From an uncultured Acidobacteriota bacterium (GTDB taxonomy: Bacteria; Actinomycetota; Acidimicrobiia; Spongiisociales; ZC4RG35): 64,000 nt of DNA. The translations under genes and the position numbers were made by a program. The stretch spans positions 288,001 through 352,000 of the forward strand of contig CAWHEU010000018.1 in the NCBI GenBank assembly GCA_963828465.1, written 5' to 3'. This document shows, piece by piece, positions 39,402-46,872 of the stretch. How positions within the stretch are numbered: the first letter of the stretch is position 1; the number at the start of each line of letters is the position of its first letter. The notes beneath the pieces were generated by a model. That model was not told the DNA's origin. It worked only from the letters and a program-made list of their open reading frames with translations, and made no database searches.

Positions 39402-40329
39402 CGGGCTGGACGGAAAGCCGTTCCCCTCTACCGGCCACACCTTCCCCACCAAGGACGAGATGGCCGACTATCTGGAGACGTACTCGGCCGAGTTCGCCCT
39501 CCCGGTCCGAAGCGGCCAGCGAGTGACGAGCCTTTCAAAGCGGGACGCAGCGTTCATAGTGGAGACGGACGACACCCGGTTCGAGGCGGACAACGTGGTG
39601 GTTGCCATGTCCAGCTGGCAGAAGCCGAAGGTGCCCGGATTCGCTACGGAGCTCAGATCCGAGATCACCCAGATCCACAGCTTGGACTACCGCAACCCAT
39701 CCCAACTTCGAGACGGACCCGTCCTGATTGTTGGCGCAGGCAATTCGGGGGCGGAGATAGCGATGGAAGCGGCGCGCAGCCATCAGACACTGCTATCCGG
39801 CCCAGACACCGGTCACGTCCCGTTTCGCATAGAGGGCAGACTCGGGCGGTTGTTGGTCCGCGTGGTGCTCAGGTTCCTCTTTCATCGTGTTCTCACCATG
39901 AGCACCCCGATCGGGCGGCGAGCACTGCCCAAGATGATGGCCAAGGGGCAACCATTGGTGAGGACGAAGCCCGGGGACCTCGTCGATGCAGGGGTCGAGC
40001 GAACGCCGCGGGTTATCGGAGTCGAGGATGGCAGGCCGGTGCTCGAGGATGGTCGTGTGCTCCATGTGGCCAACATCATCTGGTGCACCGGGTTCGATCC
40101 CGGCTTCTCCTGGATCGATCTTCCTGTCTTCGAATCTGGGCATGTCAAACACGATCGAGGTGTGGTCGCGGAGGTCCCCGGTCTCTTCTTCGTGGGCCTA
40201 AAGGGCCTGTACTCGGTGTCTTCGGCCGAGGTGCATGGTGTCGGGCGCGACGCAGCGCGCGTGGCGAAGCAGATCGCGGCATCTGTCTCGACCCAGGATC
40301 TGCCCGCCCCCGCGACGGCGCGCCCGTGA
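39220..40329 (+). CDS. Flavin-containing monooxygenase-like oxidoreductase (CzcO/ArsO family)
   Basis: IGGGQAGL, WDSLRLFTP, IHSLDYRNP, VGAGNSG, IWCTGF. Confidence 0.9.
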   Translation: MQVSRRISTIVIGGGQAGLSVGYHLQRLGVPFVILDAEERVGGAWRSRWDSLRLFTPARYDGLDGKPFPSTGHTFPTKDEMADYLETYSAEFALPVRSGQRVTSLSKRDAAFIVETDDTRFEADNVVVAMSSWQKPKVPGFATELRSEITQIHSLDYRNPSQLRDGPVLIVGAGNSGAEIAMEAARSHQTLLSGPDTGHVPFRIEGRLGRLLVRVVLRFLFHRVLTMSTPIGRRALPKMMAKGQPLVRTKPGDLVDAGVERTPRVIGVEDGRPVLEDGRVLHVANIIWCTGFDPGFSWIDLPVFESGHVKHDRGVVAEVPGLFFVGLKGLYSVSSAEVHGVGRDAARVAKQIAASVSTQDLPAPATARP

Positions 40330-41441
40330 TCGCGGAGCGGGTCCTTGTTGTCGGCGGCGGGCTGGCAGGCCTGAGCGTGGGTATCGCGTTGACCCGCGTC
40401 GGCTCTCAGGTGAAGGTCGTCGAGAAGGCCGACCAGTGGGCCGAGGTCGGCGCCGGCATGTACCTGCCGGGCAACGCACATCGGGCGATGCAGGCTTTGG
40501 GTATCGGCCACGTCGTTCGAGATCGCAGCTTCCAGATCAAGCGCCAGGTCTTTAGGGATCACACCGGGCGGATCTTGGCCGACGTCGACCTGGAGGAGGT
40601 TTGGGGAAACACTGGTCCGTGCTTGGCGATTACCCGGGCCGACCTGCACCACACGCTCCGGGAGGCGGCATCCGACGTCGACCTGTATCTGGGTGTCGAG
40701 GTCACGGCGATCGACCAGGATGGCGACTCCGTGAGGGTCGACTTCACCGACGGCAGCAATGGCGAATTCGACTTCTTGGTGGGGGCTGATGGCCTCCACT
40801 CTTCTATCCGCCGACACGTGTCAGGGACTGAACCGAGTCCGGTGGGCCAGGTCAGCTGGCGGTTCATCGTCAACCGTGACTTCGGTCTGAGCAATTGGAC
40901 CGTCATGCTCGGTGGCGCACGGACATTCCTGGCAATCCCCCTCGGCGGTAGCCGCATCTACTGCTATCTCGACCTGTCGAGCCAGGATGGCACGGACCCC
41001 ACCCATGGGGACCCTGGCCGTCTCGAAGACCTGTTCGGCGATTTCGACGGCCCGGCCATTGACCTGATTCGGGCAGCCGCGAAAAGCCCTGTCCACTTCG
41101 GCCCCATCGAAGAGGTAGTCACGGACGATTGGGTGAACGGCCGGGTTGTCCTAGTGGGTGACGCGGCACATGCCACCTCACCCAACATGGCGCAGGGTGC
41201 TGCCATGGCTTTCGAAGACGCCGCCGTACTCGCAGAATGCCTCGCCGATCAGGTGTCGGTAACGCGAGCGTTGGGAGCGTATGTCGCACGGCGAATGCCT
41301 CGCATCCGGTGGGTTCGAGAACAGTCCCACCGGAGGGACAGAATCAGGTCTCTCCCCGCGCCCGTTCGCAATCTCTCCCTCCAACTAGCGGGCAAGCGGA
41401 TCTATCGGTCCAACTACGGACCGCTCATGGCTGACCTTTGA
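40326..41441 (+). CDS. FAD-dependent monooxygenase (group A aromatic hydroxylase family)
   Basis: VVGGGLAGL, VGADGLHSSIR, LVGDAAHATSPNMAQGAAMAFED. Confidence 0.92.
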   Translation: MIAERVLVVGGGLAGLSVGIALTRVGSQVKVVEKADQWAEVGAGMYLPGNAHRAMQALGIGHVVRDRSFQIKRQVFRDHTGRILADVDLEEVWGNTGPCLAITRADLHHTLREAASDVDLYLGVEVTAIDQDGDSVRVDFTDGSNGEFDFLVGADGLHSSIRRHVSGTEPSPVGQVSWRFIVNRDFGLSNWTVMLGGARTFLAIPLGGSRIYCYLDLSSQDGTDPTHGDPGRLEDLFGDFDGPAIDLIRAAAKSPVHFGPIEEVVTDDWVNGRVVLVGDAAHATSPNMAQGAAMAFEDAAVLAECLADQVSVTRALGAYVARRMPRIRWVREQSHRRDRIRSLPAPVRNLSLQLAGKRIYRSNYGPLMADL

Positions 41442-41460
41442 GTCAAAGCCTCACTTCAGG

Positions 41461-41946
41461 TCAGCTCATCGAGGTCTGAGGTCGCGTCACCCTCGAGTTC
41501 GATATCGCGACGCCAGCCGCGATGACCAACGCGATCAACCAGGTCAAGACTCCCTGGCTAGTTGCCAGGTACATCGCGAGCACGAGCGCCGCTGTGTTGC
41601 CGATCAGGCGCACCCACACCGGCGCCTCGCGGGCGGGCCGAAAAGTGACGCCAGCCAACACGAGCAGAACACCCGGCATCAACATAAGGGGTCCGAGGAG
41701 GTTCCCCCCAGACATGAGAGCCGCTCCGGTCACGAACATTGCGCCACCCAACGCGAGGACATATTCCGGCGCCAGCAGAGTGGCGACCGGAGGGGCCGCG
41801 AACACGGCCAGCAAGACGAGCCCTTGAAATACCGAAGTGGTGGTCGGACCGCCGTCGGGCGCGTTGAGCCCGAACAGCACAAAGGCGACGACGGCGATGG
41901 TTAGGGCGAATATCGAGGCGAGTCGAACTGGCGACCACCGATTGAT
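41461..41946 (-). CDS. Hydrophobic membrane protein (start uncertain; frame open upstream of GTG 41880)
   Basis: Multiple TM segments; in-frame upstream TM helix RLASIFALTIAVVAFVLFG. Confidence 0.6.
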   Translation of the reverse strand: MNRWSPVRLASIFALTIAVVAFVLFGLNAPDGGPTTTSVFQGLVLLAVFAAPPVATLLAPEYVLALGGAMFVTGAALMSGGNLLGPLMLMPGVLLVLAGVTFRPAREAPVWVRLIGNTAALVLAMYLATSQGVLTWLIALVIAAGVAISNSRVTRPQTSMS

Positions 41947-41947
41947 A

Positions 41948-43561
41948 TCAGCCCTCTTCCATGAGGAGGTCGGCGTATTCGTTCCTCACGACCTTCTTGT
42001 CGAACTTGCCAGTGCCTGTCTTGGGAATCTGGTCGATGAACAGGATCTTGTCGGGCAGCCACCACTTGGCGACCCGCTCCTCGAGGAAGGAATGCAAATC
42101 CTCCTCCGACACCTCGACGCCTTCACGGAGAACGACGAAGGCCACCGGGCGCTCCTGCCATTTGACGTGCTTCAGGCCAACGACGGTTGCCTCGCTCACG
42201 TCGGGGTGGGCCATGAGCGCATTCTCCAGATCGATCGATGAGATCCACTCCCCACCCGACTTGATCACGTCCTTGGCGCGGTCGGTGATCTTGATGTAGC
42301 CCTCGGGCGTGATCTTGCAGACGTCGCCGGTGCGGAGCCACCCGTCCTCGAACGACTGGGCGGAGCGGCTGTCCTGGTAGTACTCGGCGGCGATCCAGGG
42401 GCCGCGGATCAACAGCTCACCGAACGCCTCTCCATCGTGGGGCAGCTCCTCACCGATCTCGTCCACGATCTTGACCTGGAGCCCGGCCACCGGGATGCCT
42501 GCCGTCTCGAGGAAGTCGAGTTGCCGGTCGAGGTCCCACTCCTCCATCTCGGGCTTGAGGAGGCTGGTCGAGGCGACCGGGTTGGTCTCGGTCATGCCCC
42601 AGCCCTGCACGACCCGGATTCCCTGGACCTTCCAGTACCACTCGATCATCGCCCTTGGAACTGCCGATCCCCCGCACAGGAAAGCGCGGATCGAAGAGAG
42701 GTCGACATCCGGGTTCGCTTCGAGATACTGCTTGATCCCCAACCAAACCGTGGGCACACCGGCGCTGAATGTCACCTTCTCCTGCTCGAGCAGGGGGACG
42801 AGACCCTGTGGGGTCAAGTCGGGACCGGGATAGGTGAGTTTGGCCCCCTGAGTGACGGCCATGAAGGGGTACCCCCAGGCGGCAGCATGGAACATCGGCA
42901 CAACCGGCAGGACGTTGTCGCTCGGGAGCATGTTGAAGTTGGCCAAGTTGGAGATCGTGTGCAGGTATGTGGATCGCTGCGTGTAGGCGACCCCTTTCGG
43001 GTTGCCCGTCGTTCCCGACGAGTAACAGAACATCATCGGGGACCGCTCGTCGAGCTGGGGCCAGGGTCCGTGAGGCTCGGCGTCCCCGATCAGGTCCTCG
43101 TAGGCGATCGATCCCGGGATCGCATCCGAGGCCGACTCCCCCATGACGACGAAGGTCTCCACCGTCTTCAGCTCCGGTGTGATCGGTCCCAGGAGCGGAG
43201 CTAGATCGGGGTCGACGAACAGCACCTTGTCCCCGGCGTGGTTGATGATGTAGGCGATCTGATCGGCGAAGAGCCTGATGTTGACGGTGTGGCAGACGAG
43301 CCCGGTATTGGCGGTGGCCCAATAGAGCTCGTGATGGCGGCGGTTGTTCCAGGCAAAGGTGCCCACCGGGTCGCCCTGCGAGAGACCCAGGGCCTCGAAG
43401 GCGGTGGCGAGTCGTCTCACCCTGGTGTCGGTCTCGCCGTAGGTGGTGCGGGTCACCGACCGATCGGCCTCGACGGAGACGATCTCCTGGTCCGGGTAGA
43501 GCCAGACCGCCCGGTCGTAGAGGGTGGAGAGGTTCAGCGGGAAGTCCTGCATGTGTGGCAT
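41948..43561 (-). CDS. Medium/long-chain fatty acid--CoA ligase (AlkK/DmdB-like)
   Basis: YSSGTTGNPKG, GWGMTET, WLRTGD, DVIKSGGEWISS, GKFDKK. Confidence 0.93.
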   Translation of the reverse strand: MPHMQDFPLNLSTLYDRAVWLYPDQEIVSVEADRSVTRTTYGETDTRVRRLATAFEALGLSQGDPVGTFAWNNRRHHELYWATANTGLVCHTVNIRLFADQIAYIINHAGDKVLFVDPDLAPLLGPITPELKTVETFVVMGESASDAIPGSIAYEDLIGDAEPHGPWPQLDERSPMMFCYSSGTTGNPKGVAYTQRSTYLHTISNLANFNMLPSDNVLPVVPMFHAAAWGYPFMAVTQGAKLTYPGPDLTPQGLVPLLEQEKVTFSAGVPTVWLGIKQYLEANPDVDLSSIRAFLCGGSAVPRAMIEWYWKVQGIRVVQGWGMTETNPVASTSLLKPEMEEWDLDRQLDFLETAGIPVAGLQVKIVDEIGEELPHDGEAFGELLIRGPWIAAEYYQDSRSAQSFEDGWLRTGDVCKITPEGYIKITDRAKDVIKSGGEWISSIDLENALMAHPDVSEATVVGLKHVKWQERPVAFVVLREGVEVSEEDLHSFLEERVAKWWLPDKILFIDQIPKTGTGKFDKKVVRNEYADLLMEEG

Positions 43562-44172
43562 CAGGCGCCTCCGATCAGCTTCTGCTTCTCTGCCTCGAAC
43601 TCGACATCGCTCAGCTTGCCTTCGTCGTGGAGCCGAGACAGTGTGGCGAGCTGGGAAGCGGAGCTTTCTGCCGCCGCCGCCCGTCCCCCTGATTGCAAGG
43701 AGTGCTGGCGATCCTCCCTCGCCTGATAGATCAGCGACTGGATCGCCTCTGGATCGGGAATATCGGTGTAGTGGGTTTGCCCGTGGGTCCCGGCCGACTC
43801 GATGAGGAGATCACCGGTCCCGAAAATCCGCTCCCATGCCGATTGCTGAAACGCCACGTCGTTGATCACCTCGAGCGGGAGCTCTTTGCCCTGTTTGGAA
43901 AGGAGGCCCACGCGGTGGATCAGGCGCTCAGTCGTAATGACGTGCAGCGTGGTGAACCAGCGGATGAACCCTCTCGCCGTCAGCACGAGCCACAGGATGA
44001 TGAGGGCGCCGATCACCCACAGAGCCCAATCGAATCCCTGGAACGCGAGGAACACGATGACTGCGAGGGCGAGGATGGAGAGAATGGCTTCCTTGAGGAT
44101 CCCGGACCAGTGAGGTCTGAATTCGGCCTTGATCTCCTCGCCCGGGCTGAGCAGTTTCTCTGGATACGCCAT
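43561..44172 (-). CDS. Membrane protein with bacterial PH domain (bPH_2) and C-terminal SHOCT domain
   Basis: 2 TM helices, ITTERLIHRVG, ERIFGTGDLLIESAG, LSRLHDEGKLSDVEFEAEKQKL. Confidence 0.88.
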   Translation of the reverse strand: MAYPEKLLSPGEEIKAEFRPHWSGILKEAILSILALAVIVFLAFQGFDWALWVIGALIILWLVLTARGFIRWFTTLHVITTERLIHRVGLLSKQGKELPLEVINDVAFQQSAWERIFGTGDLLIESAGTHGQTHYTDIPDPEAIQSLIYQAREDRQHSLQSGGRAAAAESSASQLATLSRLHDEGKLSDVEFEAEKQKLIGGA

Positions 44173-44214
44173 GGCGGCAGGCTACCGATCAGGCCGTTTG
44201 GATGAGTCCCCACA

Positions 44215-44572
44215 CAACGAGAAAGTCCCGAGGGAGCCTTGGCCGAAGCCTCAACCCTCTCGGGACTCTCGCCCATCCGGTGTCAGGCCGGGGACCCAAC
44301 TCCGAATGGAGTTCTTGCCGATGGCCGAAGCCGCCGGCAGGTGTGCGATCCGAAGATCGCGACCTCCCCGTCTCCGGGAAGACCTTGCGAGTCGTGAGAC
44401 CCGCCGTTCGGTGACCGCTCGACGATCCCGAAGGATCCCCGTCCGGTCGTCCGACCGTCCCTGGGGCCCTCAGTTTCCCGGTGACTCCAGGTTCCCGCAC
44501 CACGGCCTCGGAGCGGCTCTCACCACTCCGAACCTCTTGATTCGGGCCGCCGCCGGGTTTCCCCTTCGGCGT
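44215..44572 (-). ncRNA. Unassigned highly structured RNA A (about 360 nt)
   Basis: Own promoter; about 10 helices closed by UUCG/GNRA tetraloops on the minus strand; long 3' hairpin shared with RNA B; no credible ORF. Confidence 0.75.
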
Positions 44573-44579
44573 GGGTGGA

Positions 44580-44608
44580 AACGTAGACCGGCACCATGGT
44601 GCTGGCAA
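44580..44608 (-). promoter_or_regulatory. Promoter TTGCCA-N17-TACGTT for RNA A, with an 18-bp dyad (44588-44605) in the spacer
   Basis: Reads TTGCCA gcaccatggtgccggtc TACGTT on the minus strand; first hairpin begins about 8 nt downstream. Confidence 0.7.
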
Positions 44609-44682
44609 CTCCAGGCACTGATTCTTTTTCGCGAGGTGATCAATAGTTTCCGCGGTGTCTGTCGGGGCTGGGGAAGACGCAC

Positions 44683-45771
44683 CTATCGGGGTCGTTTCAG
44701 TCTGACTCTGGAGACACCGAGGCGGATGATCTGAAGACCTTCACGGTGTACGGAGACATGATGGTGAAACCAGCACAGGGTGATCAGATTGTCCGCATCG
44801 GTCTTTCCACCGTGTGACCAGGGGATGACATGGTGGACTTGGAGCCGATAACTGAACGGGCAGCCTTCCACGGTGCATCCGCCGTCACGGTGGAGGACAT
44901 GACGTCTGAGTTTCCGGTCCACAGTCCTGGATCGGCGTCCCAAATCGAGCGGTTTGTGTTCGGCTCGACCGATCAGGTCCACATTCCCGTTACAGAGGAC
45001 CTCTGCGAGGGTGCCCGGTCCCAGTCTCGGACCGGCAAGGACGGAAACGCCCCGTTCGCCGCTGGTTTCCGCCGCTGTCGGGGCGTCGACGATCACTGCC
45101 AAATCGACCGGCGGGGACTCTTCGCCCGAAACGCTCTGATAGGGGGATTCTTCGCCCGAAACGCTCTGATAGAGGGAGTCCTGACAGATGGCGACCAGGG
45201 CCAAAGCCCGCCGTTCCGCCACTGCCAGACGTTGATCTCCCGGGACGATCTCATCGGCCCTCTGGTCGACCGCCTTCTCCATGATCCGGGCATCCAAACC
45301 GGGGAGCTCACCCCAAAACGATGTGGCCAGCTCATCGGAATGGCCGAAATGGACAAAACCATTCCCGGTTCTCCGTTCACGATTCCGGGTCAACCGCTTG
45401 TGATCAGCCACCAGACGACGCAACCCCGAAATGTCGTAACCCTCATGACCGGCACGGGATTCAGAGGGAAGCCGAGACAGCTGTTCCGCCCGATCAAAGG
45501 AGACCTCACCAGCCGCTAGCTGCTCGACCACATCGGGAGCCTCCGCCAGACGAGTTGCCGTCCAACACAGACTCCGGGCCGTCTCATGAGACACATCAGC
45601 ACGAGCCGCCATCCAATCAATGATCGACCGGCAACCATCAGCCAAATGAGACTTCCGGCGACGTTTCTCCGCCACCGCCGCCATCTGCAACAACCGGATC
45701 GTGGCGATCTCCCGCTCACCATCAGCAATCAACTGATCCAGTTGATCCTCGGAGTAACTCCCCAACTCCAT
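44683..45771 (-). CDS. DUF222 / 13E12-repeat-like HNH endonuclease
   Basis: RDGGCTVEGC..QVHHVIPWSHGGKTDADNLITLCWFHH; helical DUF222-like N-region; leaderless ATG at 45771. Confidence 0.88.
   Translation of the reverse strand: MELGSYSEDQLDQLIADGEREIATIRLLQMAAVAEKRRRKSHLADGCRSIIDWMAARADVSHETARSLCWTATRLAEAPDVVEQLAAGEVSFDRAEQLSRLPSESRAGHEGYDISGLRRLVADHKRLTRNRERRTGNGFVHFGHSDELATSFWGELPGLDARIMEKAVDQRADEIVPGDQRLAVAERRALALVAICQDSLYQSVSGEESPYQSVSGEESPPVDLAVIVDAPTAAETSGERGVSVLAGPRLGPGTLAEVLCNGNVDLIGRAEHKPLDLGRRSRTVDRKLRRHVLHRDGGCTVEGCPFSYRLQVHHVIPWSHGGKTDADNLITLCWFHHHVSVHREGLQIIRLGVSRVRLKRPR
45113..45172. repeat. 30-bp tandem duplication inside the HNH gene (YQSVSGEESP x2)
   Basis: GGGGA(C/T)TCTTCGCCCGAAACGCTCTGATAG twice, 1 mismatch, in frame. 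Confidence 0.9.
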
Positions 45772-45778
45772 ACCCGAC

Positions 45779-45801
45779 AACGTACGAGGAGGGCGTGACA
45801 A
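45779..45801 (-). promoter_or_regulatory. RecA-NDp/PafBC-type DNA-damage promoter TTGTCA-N11-TACGTT
   Basis: TTGTCAcgccctcctcgTACGTT, then 7 nt, then ATG of the HNH gene. Confidence 0.7.
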
Positions 45802-45944
45802 ATTTGCCCTTGGAAGAAGAAGATCTGAGTGAATTTCTCTAGAGAATTGCCCCCGCGATCAGTTGCGCCACGTAGCCCAGGTTGAAGTTCTTGGAGACTC
45901 AAGCCGGACCTTGCCCAGACCACTGAAATACCGGCCGAGGGTAA

Positions 45945-46095
45945 GACGCGAGAAACCCCGAGAAAGCTTTGGCCGAAGCCGAAGCCCTCTCGGGGCTCTC
46001 AGTGCCACTCGACCGGGAAAGCGGGCCCCCAGTCAGGTGGCGATCCGGAGGGGCCGAAGCCTCTCCTTCCCCGACCCGGGCGAACCCGTGTCGGT
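45945..46095 (-). ncRNA. Unassigned structured RNA B (about 150 nt, four hairpins)
   Basis: Own promoter; three UUCG-capped stems; 3' hairpin matches RNA A at 44 of 53 aligned positions with a compensatory change. Confidence 0.72.
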
Positions 46096-46102
46096 AAGCG
46101 GC

Positions 46103-46132
46103 AAAGTACGAGAACCCGACCTCACCCGTCAA
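46103..46132 (-). promoter_or_regulatory. Promoter TTGACG-N18-TACTTT for RNA B
   Basis: Near-consensus hexamers; +1 predicted at A 46095, the first base of hairpin 1. Confidence 0.7.
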
Positions 46133-46191
46133 GCCATACCGGAGCCTTGTTTTCGCGGCCTAGCCGATCTTTTCGCGTTTAGCCTTCGCCC

Positions 46192-46827
46192 ATGGCAACG
46201 GCCCGAAAGAGCGTGCCGACAGCATGGGTCGTGGTCTTCTTTCTCATCGCAGTCGTACTCGTCTTCGCCGTGATCCGGGTGACCATCGACAGCCAGAACA
46301 TCGCCAACGGAGTGATCCCGAACGAGGGCGAGTTCGATCGCCGTTATGCCCAGTATCCGATCCTGGCCTACGCCCACATCCTCCCCGGAGTCGTCTACCT
46401 GGTCCTTGCTCCATTCCAGGTCTCCCGCCGATTCCGCAATCGCCACCTCGACCTGCACCGAAAGATGGGCCGCTTCCTGGTGCCGATCGGAATCCTTTCT
46501 GGAGTGCTCGGAGTCATATTCGGCTTCTTCTTCTCCTTCGGCGGGTTCGCAGAGGCCAGTGCCGCTGTGGTGTTCGGCACCTGGTTCGTCATCGCCCTTG
46601 CCCTGGCCTACAGCTACATCCGAGCCGGCGACACCGTCCGCCACCGCCGATGGATGATCCGGGCCTTCGCCATCGGGCTCGGCGTCGGGACGATCAGGAT
46701 CTGGGTCGGGCTGTTCCAGGGATTCGGCCTATTCGACGAAGTCACTTCCTTCGGCGTGGCCTTCTGGTTGTCGTGGACCCTGCACGTGATCGCGGCCGAG
46801 ATCTGGCTGTGGCGACGGCCCACCTGA
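46192..46827 (+). CDS. DUF2306 family membrane protein
   Basis: AHILPG..LAPFQ, LHRKMGR, HRRWMIRAFA. Confidence 0.85.
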   Translation: MATARKSVPTAWVVVFFLIAVVLVFAVIRVTIDSQNIANGVIPNEGEFDRRYAQYPILAYAHILPGVVYLVLAPFQVSRRFRNRHLDLHRKMGRFLVPIGILSGVLGVIFGFFFSFGGFAEASAAVVFGTWFVIALALAYSYIRAGDTVRHRRWMIRAFAIGLGVGTIRIWVGLFQGFGLFDEVTSFGVAFWLSWTLHVIAAEIWLWRRPT

Positions 46828-46843
46828 CCGATCTCCCCATTCC

Positions 46844-46865
46844 TGTCACAGGCCGGTCTTACACT
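46844..46865 (+). promoter_or_regulatory. RecA-NDp/PafBC-type promoter TGTCA-N11-TACACT
   Basis: TGTCAcaggccggtctTACACT, then 7 nt, then GTG 46873. Confidence 0.7.
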
Positions 46866-46872
46866 CGGCATC

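Noticed and set aside
44189-44734. ORF-track frames 44129-44734(+), 44189-44608(-) and 44202-44414(+)
   Set aside because: R/P/G-rich shadow translations with no motif or RBS; the region is better explained as structured RNA
44683-45771. Calling the HNH gene IscB/Cas9-like or a bona fide IS
   Set aside because: No RuvC or PLMP motifs, no transposase, and no terminal inverted repeats or target duplication that I could see
44215-46095. Assignment of RNA A or B as RNase P, tmRNA, SRP, tRNA or a CRISPR array
   Set aside because: No GAGGAAAGUCC, no tRNA-like ends or tag ORF, no GGAAGCAG SRP loop, and no regularly spaced identical repeats
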